From: Octopus sinensis
Lineage: Eukaryota
Direction: 5' to 3'
Assembly: GCF_006345805.1 (NCBI RefSeq)
Contig: NC_043000.1
Coordinates: 149,978,001-150,042,000 of the forward strand
Length of the DNA: 64,000 nucleotides
Shown: positions 38,081-51,543 of the stretch, piece after piece
Layout of the letters: every line of letters begins with the position of its first letter
Numbering within the stretch: the first letter of the stretch is position 1
The notes under the pieces: generated by a model
What the model was told of the DNA's origin: nothing
Databases searched by the model: none
What the model saw: the letters and a program-made list of their open reading frames with translations, nothing else
Position numbers and translations under genes: made by a program

Positions 38081-40279
38081 TACCATTTTTTTTTCATACA
38101 TATAATCATTTTTATTTTTTTTCACTTTAAATATATTAGTAAAGAACAACCAAGTAGAAGACTATAAACTATTTTGGACGTATTTGAAAATGTGAGGAAG
38201 TTATTATTTAAAACAGCTTTTTTCTGAAACTTGACCATCTGTTTTTTGCAAACATGTTTTGATAAGATTTTTTCAATGGTTTGTTGACTTACTTTAATAA
38301 TATTGTCCCCTGGGCTGCCTTCAATTTTTTCTGTACAAAAGGGCTTTTCAATTAAATATTTACATGCTATTATTTAGTTTTATATGCTTTCAGAGCCACT
38401 CTTACAAAAAAGAATTTTTTTCATTTTCCTTTGGGGTTTTTTTTTTTGGAGGGGGGGGTCTACATAAAATGGCAATTCTTGTTGGGCAGAAATTAAGCTG
38501 ATTCAACGATCCTCAGCATTTTATCTTTTATCTTTTACTTGTTTCAGTCATTAGACCATGGCCTTGCTGGGGCACCACCTTAAAGAATTTTTAGTTGAAT
38601 GAATTGACCCCAGGACTATTTTTTAAAGCCTGGTACTTATACCATCGGTCTTTTATGCCAAACCACTAAGTTATGTGGGTGTAAAGACACCGGCACTTGC
38701 TGTCAAGGTGGAGTGGTGGACACGGACACGGACACATACACACACACATATACAACAGGCTTCTTTCAATTTCTGTCTACCAAATCCATTCACAAGGTTT
38801 TGGTCAGCCCAAGGCTTTAGTAAAAGACACTTGCCCAAGGTGCTTCATGGTGGGAATGATCCTGGAACCATGTGGTTGAGGAATGAACTTTGTACCACAC
38901 AGCTATGCCTGACAATTACTGGCATTTACTTATTTATTCTTCGAGAGTTTGAATGGTAGCGTACTTTAATAGATTTTGAGTACAGAACCAAAGGACAGTT
39001 GAAACAAGGTGTTTGACATGTCCAAGATGTAGCACAGGGTGAAGTGGGTGTAAGGCATGCAGACCATAAAGGGTGACCAGTTCATATGCAAGTGTTTGCT
39101 GCAAGCAAAGGTATGTTACATTTAAAGAAGCAGGCAGCCAAAAATCCATACTACACCATGGGGCTTGTCTTTATTTTGTTTTTTTATTTATTTAATTTTT
39201 TATTTTTATTTTATCTAGTTTCAGCTCACGAGCTGTGGCCATGCTGGGGCACCGCCATTTATATTACTTTTAACTTTTTTATATCAAAACTAATTTTTAA
39301 AAACATTTTCTGTTATGTTGTATTTAACTTACAATGTTTCGAAAACTTCATATGCTAATTGTTAAAAATATAACATTAATATTGATGTGGTCTCTTTTAT
39401 CCCTAGTTATTGTTGACCACTTATCCAGAAAGACAGCATCATGGAGTGTCACATATTCTGTTCATTCACCTTGAAGAAATGTTATCCCATCTTACAACAG
39501 TGAATCTTTGTCAGCTTAATCTAAGGTAAATTTGTTACGTTTCTGCATTTTCACAACTAAATTTTTAATTTTCTTCTGAGAAAAAAAAAACTGTTTCTTT
39601 GGAATCCTAAGCCATTTGCTTCTGGCAGTTTACTTTATTTGTTATTTTTTCATTATCATTGCTTTTTTTCTTAAGGTAGTGAGCTGGCGGAATAGTTAGC
39701 ATGCCATGCAAAATGCTGAACGGCATTTCATCCTTCTGTAAATTCTGAGTTCAAATTCCTCTGAGGTTGACTTTGCTTTTCGTCCTTTCGGAGTCAATAA
39801 ATTAAGTACCAGTGAAGCATTGGGATTGATGTTATATAGGCGCAGGAGTGGCTGTGTGGTAAGTAGCTTGCTAACCAACCACATGGTTCCAGGTTCAGTC
39901 CCACTGCGTGGCATCTTGGGCAAGTGTCTTCTGCTATAGCCCCGGGCCGACCAATGCCTTGTGAGTGGATTTGGTGGACGGAAACTGAAAGAAGCCTGTC
40001 GTATATATGTATATTTATATATGTGTGTGTTTGTGTGTCTGTGTTTGTCCCCCTAGCATTGCTTGACAACCGATGCTGGTGTGTTTAGTCCCGTCACTTA
40101 GCGTTCGGCAAAAGAGACCGATAGAATAAGTACTGGGCTTACAAAAGAATAAGTCCCGGGGTCGAGTTGCTCGATTAAAAAAGGCGGTGCTCCAGCATGG
40201 CCTCAGTCAAATGACTGAAACAAGTAAAAGAGAGCAGAGTAGTCCAAAATTTCAGACCTTGTGCCTATAGTAGAAAGGA

Positions 40280-40920
40280 TTATTATAGCTGTTTTTCTTA
40301 AGGTGGCGAGCTGCCAGAATTGTTAACATGCCAGCATTTTGTCTAGCTGTAAGTTCTGAGTTCAAATTCCACTGAGATTGACTTTGCCTTTCATCTTTTT
40401 GAAGTAAATAAAGCAAGTACCAGTTGAGGCCTGGGGTCAATGTCACTGACTTAACCTCTCCTCACAATTGAATGGCATTGTGCCAAAATTTGAAACCTGT
40501 TGTTCTTAAGGTGGTGAGCTGGCAGAATTGTTAGCATGCCAGACAAAATATTTACCAGCATTTCAGCCATCCTTACATTCTGAGTTCAAATTCTGCTATG
40601 GTCAACTTTATCTCTCATCCTCTTGAGAGTCGATGAAACAAGTACCATTCATGTACTGGGGTCAATATAATCAACTAGCTCCCTCCCCCAAAATTTCAGG
40701 CCTTGTGCCTATAGTAGGAAGGATTATTATAGCTGTTGTTAAGGCAGTGTTCTGGCTGAATTATTAACATCAGACTTCATATTCTGAGTTCAAATCCTAC
40801 TGATGTCAGCTTTGCTTTTCAGGATTGCTGAAATAAGTACCATTTGTGTGCTAGGATTGATATAATCAACTAGCCTTCTCCTCCTAAATGTCAGGCTTTG
40901 TGCCTATAATAGAAAGGATT
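40280..40920 (+). mobile_element. Head-to-tail chain of three family A SINEs (tail variant ending agaaaggattatt)
   Basis: Repeated aaggtgg(c/t)gagctg...gagttcaaat...ggccttgtgcc. Confidence 0.85.
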
Positions 40921-40924
40921 ATTA

Positions 40925-40965
<41 letters not shown>

Positions 40966-40967
<2 letters not shown>

Positions 40968-41521
40968 GAGTGAGAGAGCAGTGCATGCCATCGAAGTGAC
41001 ACTGGGGTAAAATATACGAAGCCCAGTATTCCCATCATGACTACCCGTCTGATAAGGGTACACCAGGCACATGCATCACTACCATATGTGCGCGACATAG
41101 TGATCTCATATCAAGATAAACAGCACATGACCTTGCAGGTGGGGCCCAGTTAGAATTTTCTTCTGGTCGAGTAGCCCATCCTGCTCAAAAGGTCCCTGAA
41201 TAAGGGTTGTTTAAGGATGTTGAACGAACCACCCATGTTTTCAAAGGTGAATTATTCAAACCCCAAAGAATCCCTCTCAACACATGGCTATGATGCTCCC
41301 CCACTACTTCTGCTCGTGATCAGAGATGCACATATCGTCAGCCACCAAGGGACATGCTCAACTGGTTAAGGTCAAACAACTGACAAGCAAATCTGTGGTA
41401 TTGAGCAGAATATTTGCTGTAGCCCATCTTTTATACCAAGACAAAACAATGTACATGATGACACTTCCAATCAGTTAAGATCAGAAACCATGAGAGCCAC
41501 TGCCTGGTACTGCATCAGGGC
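40966..41521 (-). mobile_element. About 560-bp (ATT)n-flanked repeat (copy 2 of 1316-1898)
   Basis: Colinear with copy 1, same ends. Confidence 0.85.
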
Positions 41522-41788
41522 TATTATTATTATTATTATTATTATTAAAGGCGGTGAGCTGGTAGAATCATTAGCATGTTGGGTGAAATGCTTAGCAGTA
41601 TTTTTGTCTGCCACTATGTTTTGAGTTCAAATTCCACCAAGGTCAACTTTGCCTTTCATCCTTTCGGGGTCAATAAATTAAGTACCAATGAAACATTGGA
41701 GTCGATGAAATCGACTAGTCTCCTCCCCCAAAATTTCAGGCCTTGTACCTTTAGTGGAAAGGATTATCATTATTATTATTGTTATTGC

Positions 41789-42025
41789 GGAAGGTGTTTA
41801 TAAGCCATTTAAGAAACACACAAAACCGTTAGATTCACTTCAACATTTAATTTTATTGCCAAAATATTTTTGTCACGACCTGTTCACTGACAAAATTCCA
41901 TGCTGCAGCATGGAATTTTGTCAGTGAACAGGTCGTGACAAAAATATTTTGGCAAATAAAATTTAAATGTTGAAGTGAATCTAACGGTTTTTGTGTGTTT
42001 CTTAAATGGCTTATAAACACCTTCC
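41789..42025. repeat. 237-bp spacerless palindrome
   Basis: Arms 41789-41905 and 41906-42025, centre ccatgctg|cagcatgg; they differ only by three 1-nt homopolymer indels. Confidence 0.95.
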
Positions 42026-42096
42026 ATGCTGCAATTGTTTTCGTTCCTGCACACAATCTCAGATCAGGTCACTTGCTATGCAAGTACATCTCTGTA

Positions 42097-42179
<83 letters not shown>

Positions 42180-43979
42180 CATTATTACCTTAATATTTAT
42201 CAAATATATATCAAGGATGTAATCAACTAACCCCCTCCCCTAGAATTGATGGTCTTGTGCCAAAATTTGAAACAGTTCTTATACCTGTTGTTCTGTGAAG
42301 TTCAAGACAAATTCTTGTCGTGGTAGGCTATATTTAATTGAATTGATTGCAGTATTTTTCTGGTACTTGCACTAGTGACTGGAGGAGAATGAAAAGCAAA
42401 GATGATCTCAGCTAAATTTGATTTCCTAATCTACCAGGCTGAAATGTGTACTTTGGAAAATATCCAGTCTGGTACTTCGTTTTTTTGTTTCTGTCATCAT
42501 CACCGTCCTTGTAATTTTTAGAAATTTTATCAATTTTTATAAATATTTCATATGGTTGTTGTGTATAAAATTGAGAAAAATCAGAAGAACTATTTTGAAT
42601 TTGACAAATTTTATAGAAATAAATGCTTATAACAAAAAGTGTTGTATCACTCTCTACATTCTTCCAACATATATGCCACAGGAACTAGTACAGCCTCTTC
42701 CATGCTTATTCTTATCCTTCTTTTATCTGAGTTTAATATTTGCCTGTTTCCATCTGACAGGTCCAGAGTGCCTCTGACTATATTTGTCACTGTATTTGAC
42801 TATGTATTGTAAATGTTGCATGTGTGTGTGTGTGTGGAGAAAGAGAGAGAGAGAGAATCTTCTTGACATCTTTTGTCCCTAGCAGCAAAAACTTCATCTA
42901 CTAATCAGGTGCAGATTGTGAAGAAACTAAAATCCTTAGTTTTTTAGCATTTTTTTTTCAAGAAATTTGCTGTAATTTATTACCAATTTATGATCAACTA
43001 GGCACAAAAAAGGCAATACTTTTAAAAATTATATTTCATTCACATTATCACTGCCTGTGAAAGGCAACAAGCTGGCAGAAACATTAGCACACCGGGCGAA
43101 ATGCTTAGCAATATTTCATCTGTCTTTACATTCTGAGTTCAAATTCTGCTGAGGTTGACTTTGCCTTTCATCCTTTCAGGGTCAATAAAGTTATCATCAT
43201 CATCATCACTATTACTTATACAACTATTTCCACTGTTATCTTTGCCCCTATTGACATCATCATCAATATCATTATCATTACCATCATTAATATAATGATC
43301 ATGTTGGCAATAAAATAACAACAACAATAATATATTTTAGACAGCTGAGAATTATGGCTTATATTCCAGATGATTATTAAGATTGATTGATTGCGATGTC
43401 AAAGCATGAAATAATTTAGCATATTTTTGTCTTTTGTGAATTGTGAAAAATTATTCTGAGGATGAGGAACTGTACCCATGTGCTTTGCATGCCTCCCTCG
43501 TAATGATGAGAATGATCTGTAGATCAATGTCTTCTGAGAACATAAAGGCTAGAAAGGAATTCTGGAGAACTGCGAATTTGAGGAAGAAGGAGTTGTTTTC
43601 ACGGTGGGATTGAGGGTGAAGTCACGTTGTAGGGATAGTAACAAGAAGAAAGATGGGTGTTTGGGGTGAGCATGAGTGAAGTGAAGCAGATACTAATAAA
43701 GTAGTGATAGAATTAATAGAGGAAAGAAAGAGTACAGCTGTTAGTCTGTGATTGTGTTGAGTTGGTTGATGAAGGTTTTACCTATTAACCAAATGGCTTC
43801 CATTTTTATGTGATCCTGACTATTTGCTCAAAATTCATCGAAAAATTGTGAAATGAAATCTTTTCAAAAAATTATTTATTGTATAAAAATATTTTTCGTT
43901 TAATTTCCTACAATTATAAGGACTAAAACTATATCTTACATCATTCATTTCATTAACAAAATTATAATTTAACAATTAA

Positions 43980-44201
43980 CCCTTTCATTACCGTATTTAT
44001 TTTGAGACGTTCTGTGTTTCATTCAATTAATTTTATACATAACAAAGAATTTAGTAAAAGAACTTAGTTATCATTAAGCTAGTGTTAGAAACATAAATTG
44101 TGACTAAGGTTTGATGGAAGATTTTAATTCAAAACTCATGAAAACAAGACATTTGTACTACAGAGCCACAGCCGGTTTCAGCCGGGTTGGTAACGAAAGG
44201 G
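43980..44201. mobile_element. piggyBac-type MITE family P2
   Basis: TTAA|CCCTTTCATTACC...GGTAACGAAAGGG|TTAA; inverted second copy at 47662-47881. Confidence 0.88.
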
Positions 44202-44439
44202 TTAAAGGGGATACATAGAATTACCAAGAATGAAAATACTTTATTACTACATTTACATTTAAGTATTTCTTTATAAAATGTTCATTTTCTCTTTTGTCTT
44301 TCATTCTGAGGGCTAATAGCAATATTTTATGTGATGCTTCAAATATATCATTCCGTAATCAAGTGGAGTATCAACCAAGAGGTATGGTTTTGGTTCATTG
44401 ATGAAACCGTTATATTTCATTCACATTATCACTGCCTGT

Positions 44440-44892
44440 GAAAGGCAACAAGCTGACAGAAACGTTAGCACACCAGGCGAAACGTTTAGCAGTATTTCAT
44501 CTGTCTTTACATTCTGAGTTCAAATTCTGCTGAGGTTGACTTTGCCTTTCATCCTTTCAGGGTCAATAAATTAAGTACCAGTTGCATACTAGGGTCAATG
44601 TAATTGACTGGCCCCCTCCCCCAAAATTTTGGGCCTTGTGCCTTGAGTAGAAAAGAATATTAGTATTGTCTTCAAGGTGGTAAGCTGGCAGAAACATTAG
44701 CATGCCAGGTGAAATGCTTAGCAGTATTTCGTCTGTCTTTATGTTCTGAGTTCAAATTCCGCAGACGTCAACTTTGCTTTTCATCCTTTTGGGGTCAGTA
44801 AATCAAGCACCAGTTGCAAACTGGATCGATCTAATCGACTGGCCCCCTCCCCCCAAATTTCGGGCCTTGTGCCTAGAGTTAGAAAAGATTAT
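44440..44892 (+). mobile_element. Two tandem family A SINEs
   Basis: A and B boxes plus the tail ggccccctcccccaaa...ggccttgtgcc, twice. Confidence 0.88.
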
Positions 44893-46453
44893 CATTACCT
44901 GTAGAAAACAGCGTGAATTTCTTGTAATTTTATTGCTCCTCTGCTCTCTACCTGTTGTTTGTGTCTATTGAAAAGATCAATATAGTCTTCTAGATATTTG
45001 CATTGTTGATGAAGCTCTTTGAATAAAATTGAACTGATTCTTTTTCAAATACTCTGCTTTTCTACACAATATCAATTTTGAGAATGAAAACAAAAACTTA
45101 CTGGTCAAAGTAAACTAATGTGCTGCTGTTTTGTTATGTGGTTTTTTTCTACTTTTACACATGTAAACACACACAGACACACACATTTACATATGCATAT
45201 CATCATCATCATCATCATCGTTTAACGTCCGTTTTCCATGCTAGCATGGGTTGGACGGTTCAACTGGGGTCTGGGAAGCCAAGAGGCTGTGCCAGGCCCA
45301 GTCTGATCTGGCAGTGTTTCTACAGTTGGATGCCCTTCCTAACGCCAAAACACATATATTGTCATAACTGTCATCGTCATCACTTTTCCATGCTTGCATG
45401 GGTCACATGAAATTCATTGACACAGATTTTCTACAACTGGATGCTATTCCTGTTGCCAACTCTCGCCTATGGCTGAACATATTTTCACAAAAGACTGGAA
45501 AAAAAGGTCACTGCTTGTATGATGGTGAAGCTTACAACTATCACACAACGTCAAGACAGGGAGACAAACATAGTCACGTACACACACACACACACACACA
45601 ACACACAAACACACACAACAACAATAACCTAACCACTAGGCTATATGCTCTCACACACATACACACACACACATGCGTACATGATATGCTGTTGTGCACA
45701 ACATGTTACCAGTGAATTTTGGGCTCAGTTATCAGTCCTACATTAAATTCCTATATTCTCTTACAATAAGGATCCAATCATTGCCTCTGAGCAAAGGCAA
45801 ATTTCAAGCCACATTACATAGTGAGAAATGTGCACAGGAAATGTATCTGATATTCATGTCTTTATGTCTACCATATGTTTTGGAGTTAACCTCATATCTT
45901 CAGTGTTTATTGCTAACCAACAGAAGATATGGGGTAAGCATATTAATATCAAATGTTTACTGCATTTACTTCTGTATATCATCATCATCACCATCACCAT
46001 CATCATCATCCTCATCATCCTCATCATGATCATCATCATCATGATCATCATTTTAACATCTATTCATGCCTTCATAGGTCAGGCAGAGCTTATTGAGGTA
46101 GAATCTCTATGGCTGGATGCCCTTTCATGGGAAATATTACCTTGCTTGGAAACCAGTGAGGGTTGGTCACAGGTAGAAAGGCAGGTGGGCAAGCAGATAG
46201 ACAGGCAGTTGTTCCAGCACAGTCGCAGCCATTAAGCTGGAATTAGTAAAAGAATAAAAGTTAGTGTAGTAATTATTGTAAAATAGAAGTCCCTCACAAA
46301 TAACAAATAAAGTATATTGATTTATAGGAAGGTATGTGTTTGAAAATATATAGATACACAAGCATTGAGGACAAGTATATTCAGGGTATGATATTTGGGC
46401 TTATGATGTTAAATATGGAATATGTGTGGTGTTCTGAGTATAATATGATAACT

Positions 46454-46493
<40 letters not shown>

Positions 46494-46496
<3 letters not shown>

Positions 46497-46710
46497 CGAG
46501 TGGCAGAAACGTTAGCACACTGGACGAAATGCTTAGCGGTATTTCGTCTGTGTTACGTTGTGAGTTCAAATTCTGCCGAGGTCGACTTTGCCTTTCATCC
46601 TTTCGGGGTCGATAAATAAAGTACCAGTTACGCACTGGGATCGATGTAATCGACTTAATACCTATGTCTGTCCTTGTTTGTCCCCTATTGTGGGTAATAA
46701 AGAAATAGGT
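46494..46710 (+). mobile_element. Full-length family A SINE following (TA)n
   Basis: aaggcgagtggcagaaacgttagc...gggtaataaagaaataggtat. Confidence 0.9.
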
Positions 46711-47048
46711 ATAGAATGGGATCGATGCTATAAGATGCTGGCTATTGGCATCGAAACATGTGATATTGAATATACAACATGGGAAGAGAGCATTGTAGGG
46801 GGGGTTCTAAATATATGGGTACTGGATGTTGTCAATGTTAGTTGGTTTTAGGTACCAGGCCAGACAGACGGTGTTGTTTGATGGCTATTATTAAGTTATT
46901 GAGTTGTACTTTGGCCAACACATGCAAAAAAGATTAATTCAGATTTTTAGTTCAAGTTGGATTCAGGATATAGCCAACTTCTCTGCAGTACATAAGCTGC
47001 AATGTTCGTTCTGTTTTTGTAAAAGTAGTATGGTAGATGCTTTTACAG

Positions 47049-47152
47049 CATCTATGATACTCTGCTTCAATTGGCATTTTGTTGGTCTTTAAGTGACCAT
47101 ATCTATTTAGACAAGCTGGCACCTGCTCTTTTGTTGCTTTTTCAAAAGACAT
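47049..47152 (+). CDS. Candidate internal coding exon (IYDTLLQLAFCWSLSDHIYLDKLAPALLLLFQKT), product unknown
   Basis: Acceptor gcttttacag|, strong donor |gtaagt at 47153, and an open frame in unique sequence. Confidence 0.25.
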
Positions 47153-48046
47153 GTAAGTAGAATTTAGATTTGAACCCTAGTATTTTGTATAGTGTTTTGT
47201 ATTGTTTATATAGAGATCTAGGTTACTTGTGTTTGTTTATGTACAGGATTTTGGCCTTGAAGCAACTTATTTTCCCTGCATCATTATAATATTGATAAAT
47301 GTGATTTCATTCATGGTCATACCATAAAAGCATATAATTTAAATTGAAATTTATTTAATGAATAAAATGTTAAATCTTTGGTTATTTTGCTAATTTCAAA
47401 TTTGGGAAAAAAATCACCCAATATATCTTGACCATGCTGACCATGCTTAATTGTTGCTTTATTATATATCTATTCGTTTATAAATTATTCTGTCTTGAAT
47501 TGCTGCAATAAATATCACTTCATACTGCTTTATTCTGGTTTCTTCTTGCCTACATTGACCCCATCAATTTTAATATAAAATGTCCATTTATTTAATCCTT
47601 CCCTTTCAGTTTACTATCACTTTATCATCTCCAGTCTTGAACAATTCTTTTACCACCTTAACCCTTTTGATACCAACCTGGCTGAAACCGGCTCTGGCTC
47701 TGATTATAAATGTCTTGTTTTCATAAGTTTTGAATTAAAATCTTCCACCAAACCTTAGTCAGAATTTATGTTCCTAACACTAGCTGAATGACAACTAAGT
47801 TATTTTACTAAGTTCTTTGTTATATTTAAAGTAATTGAAAGAAACACAGAGCACCTCAACAGAAATATGGTAACAAAAGGGTTAATAGCATGTGAAAGTT
47901 TATTAAATAATGTTACTTATGAATATTCACTAAAGTTTATTAAATAATGTTACTTATGAATATTCACTAAAAAAAAAGCATTAATTTGTAATACATTTGA
48001 ATAGATGTTGTAGAATAATAAAACAAACAGTTAAAATATAATTTTA

Positions 48047-48455
48047 ACTAGCAGTATCGCCCGGCGCTGCTCGGGTTTGTAAGGGAAATAACTATATAAG
48101 CATTTTTAGAGAGTTATAGCCAAAAAATAGCAAAAAAATGCATTAAAAATAGAAAAAAAATTATGGTAAATTTTTTTTTAAATCGTTGACTCATCGTAGA
48201 CATTTTTAGAGAGTTACTTCCCTTATATAATAGCAAAAAAATGCATTAAAACGGAAAAAAAATTATGGTAAATTTTTTTTTAAATCGTAGACTCATCGTA
48301 GACGCGCGCTAATACCCAGAAGGGCTCGATATGAATCACGACTATAAGATACCCGGTTTTGGTTAAACTGCACCGCAAAATGTGGGAGTAGTTAGGAATC
48401 TAAATCGTAGGAGACAGACACACAACTTGACTTTTATATATAAAGATATAAAGAT
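48047..48455 (+). mobile_element. Non-autonomous Helitron/Helentron-like element (copy 2)
   Basis: Same termini and hairpin as 37695-38080; the terminal ataaagat is duplicated. Confidence 0.7.
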
Positions 48456-50399
48456 TAGACAAGATCATATTAGAAGCATACTGTGATTTTAGAATGAATT
48501 GTTTCATTGAAAATCTATTGTTTGATTTATAGGGGAATTACATGGTATGAATCTACCACCATATCAAACTCTTGTGCATCGTTGAGCATCAATAATTTTG
48601 TCATTAGAGCATTGTTCTGAATCCACAAAAGTATTTAGTTCACCCTCTAAGTTTTCAGCTCAGATTCTGCTGAAACTAACTGTGATTTTCATCCTTTTAG
48701 GATTACCAAAATAAGATACAATAATAATTTTGTGGATGTATCATTAACTATAGTCCTTACTCCTAAAGTTGGCATTAAAGATGATGCTGATACATTTACA
48801 TTGCACAGCTCTCTTTTACTCTTTTTTACTATTTTACTTGTTTCAGTCATTTGACTGCGGCCATGCTGGAGCACCGCCTTTAGTCGAGCAACTCGACCCC
48901 GGGGACATATTCTTTGTAAGCCCAGTACTTATTCTATCGGTCTCTTTTTGCCGAACCGCTAAGTGACGGGGACATAAACACACCAGCATCGGTTGTCAAG
49001 CAATGCTAGGGGGACAGACACAGACACACAAACATACATGCATACATATATATATACATACATATATACGACGGGCTTCTTTCAGTTTCTGTCTACCAAA
49101 TCCACTCACAAGGCTTTGGTCAGCCCGAGGCTATAATAGAAGACACTTGCCCAAGGTGTCACGCAGTAGGACTGAACCCGGAACCATGTGGTTGGTAGGC
49201 AAGCTACTTACCACACAGCCACTCCTGCTGTTAGTGAAACAAAATGTTGTGCCAAAGTATTGTACAGTTGCATAAAAAGCTAAGAGTGTATATTATTTTA
49301 GAATTAGTCCTTGAAAAAGAAACATTTTATCTGGTGATGGAGCATTCCATATTTTGAGGATATAGTGTTTCCTACGTTGTTTTCTAAGAGTATCACATTT
49401 TATTAAATATGTGTGAAAACTGAAGCAGTTCCTGGAAATAGATTGGAAGAGATCAATCAACCAAGAAGGAATCAAGTACTTAATATTCATATAGATCAAT
49501 ACAAAATTTTTTAAACTTGTGTATGTTCTGTTACTGACAGCCAATATTGACTGAGTGATATATGGAAGGAGGGGGTATTATGATTAAAGATGTTGGCAAC
49601 AATACAAGTACAACGGTTTCAAAGTTTTGCATCTTGCGCTTAAGACATTAATTTTATAACTTTATACTTCCCTAACCTTTGTTGGTGGTTGTTTTTGTTT
49701 TCTGGAAATAAAGAAAGCACATTCAATTTCAGCTTATTTCACTCAATTTTCCCAGCATCAAGTTTTAAAGGAATGAAATGCAAATGTTACTAAACAATCT
49801 TGCTCTTTGTTTAAAAATATGAAACAACATTTTCCTTTATATGTCTTTGATATCTTTTTCTCATAAGAAGCAACTAATGTTTGAACAAATATTGATTATT
49901 TAATTACAAGATTAGATTTATATTATAACGATGGCTTTTCTTTTTTTTTCCTTTTAGTTCTATGCATTTGCTAATTCATTTCAGTGACAATTGAGACATT
50001 AAAGGAAGAAATTACCTTTCATCTTTTACCTGTTTTAAGTCATTGGATTGTGGTCATACTGGAGCTTAGTTGAAGGGTTTAGTAGAACAAATCGACCCTG
50101 TACTTACAGGTTTTCTTTTTAAGTCTGATATTTATTCTATCAGTCTTTTTTGCCAAACCACTAGTTACAAGGACATAAACAAACCAACACAGACACAAAC
50201 ACACACACACACACACACACACACATTCTCTCTCTCTTTTTTCCTCTCTATCAAAGAGAATAGGCTCAAAATGTCAAAGACTTTTCCATTCTTCCCAAGC
50301 ATCAAACTAATACACTTTCTTGTTCCTTCATCTATCTTCATCTTTTGTTTTCTTTAAATTTGAATTATATATATATATATATATATAATATATATATAT

Positions 50400-50665
50400 C
50401 ATCATCATCATCATCATCATCGTTTAACGTCCGCTTTCCATGCTAGCATGGGTTGGACAGTTCAACAGGAGTCTGGGAAGCCAGGAGGCTGCGCCAGGCC
50501 CAGTCTGATCTGACAGTGTTTCTACAGCTGGATGCCCTTCCTAACGCCAACCACTCCGAGAGTGTAGTGGGTGCTTTTTACGTGCCACCTGCACAGGTGC
50601 CAGACGAGGCTGGCAAACAGCCACGATCGGATGGTGCTTTTTACGTGCCACCGGCACGAAGGCCA
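50400..50665 (-). mobile_element. Family D copy; a further copy with 5 internal units lies at 51575-52068 and a sense copy at 56430-56925
   Basis: Shared tail and ggatgcccttcctaacgccaacc core. Confidence 0.85.
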
Positions 50666-50674
50666 ATATATTTA

Positions 50675-51543
50675 CAGGGTGCGATGGGTAAATTGTTGCC
50701 ATTTTATATTTTTATATTTTTAATTTTGTGGATGTGCATTTCTTTTTTTGATTTTGTCAACTACACAGTGTAGTAGGGTCAGTTGGGCACCATCTGTGAA
50801 AAAAAACACCATCATAATGCAATTCACTCTGCCAGGAATTTCGAAATGACATGCTGTACTGCTTGGCATTCGCACTGGAAACTCCAATACGAACATTTCA
50901 GAGTGTTTGGGTGTCAACTTGAGGACAGTGCAATCTGAGGACATGTACTGAGAGTGATAAAAATCAAACATCCAGTCAACATCATGGTGTTTAGAGTGAT
51001 CACTTGTGATGGGGACATTATGCCTCCATTCATCTTCCCACATGGCCTTGGACTCAATATAGAGGCCTACTCAAGTGCCTGAAGGAGGTAGTGCTGCCCT
51101 GGGTCAAGAGGGTGGCTGCTGGAAGACCATATGTCTAGTAACAAAGCTCTGCAAGCAGGAGAACCCAGCCGTGACAGTCAGACAATTTCTGCGACCACAT
51201 CACCCCTAAGATCTGGCCACCTAACTACCCATACCGCAACCCCCTTGATTATTATGTGTGGGGCACAGTTGAGTGAGGGACTAACAAAACTCTTTGTAAC
51301 ATCAAAGATGAACTGAAGGCAGCATTCACCAACTTAAACAAGGAGACCAGAAGAGTTGCCGCAGATTCCAAAATCATTTGGTGGCCGTGGTTGAAGCCAA
51401 TAGCAGTTTTATTGAATAAATTTTCTCTTTAGTATTTCAAGATATTTTTATGTAATTTTGGTAAATATATCTGTTAAAATGAGTTGTCAGTGTTATTATA
51501 ATTTTTGCATAATTTAGGATGACAGTTTATTCAACACGCCCTG
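50675..51543 (+). mobile_element. Degenerate Tc1/mariner element
   Basis: TA|cagggtg...ccctg|TA ends; ITCDGDIMPPFIFPHGL, EVVLPWVKRVAAGRPYV, DNFCDHITPKIWPPN...PLDYYVWG. Confidence 0.82.

Noticed and set aside
38973-39110. Selenoprotein idea: one frame interrupted only by two TGA codons
   Set aside because: There is no recognisable selenoprotein motif or SECIS, and this is expected by chance in short sequence.
43440-43700. Possible decayed LINE 3' fragment on the minus strand
   Set aside because: Motif similarity is too weak to call without an alignment.
49302-49358. Kinase-like word FYLVMEH after an acceptor
   Set aside because: A stop follows four codons later and no other kinase subdomain is found nearby.
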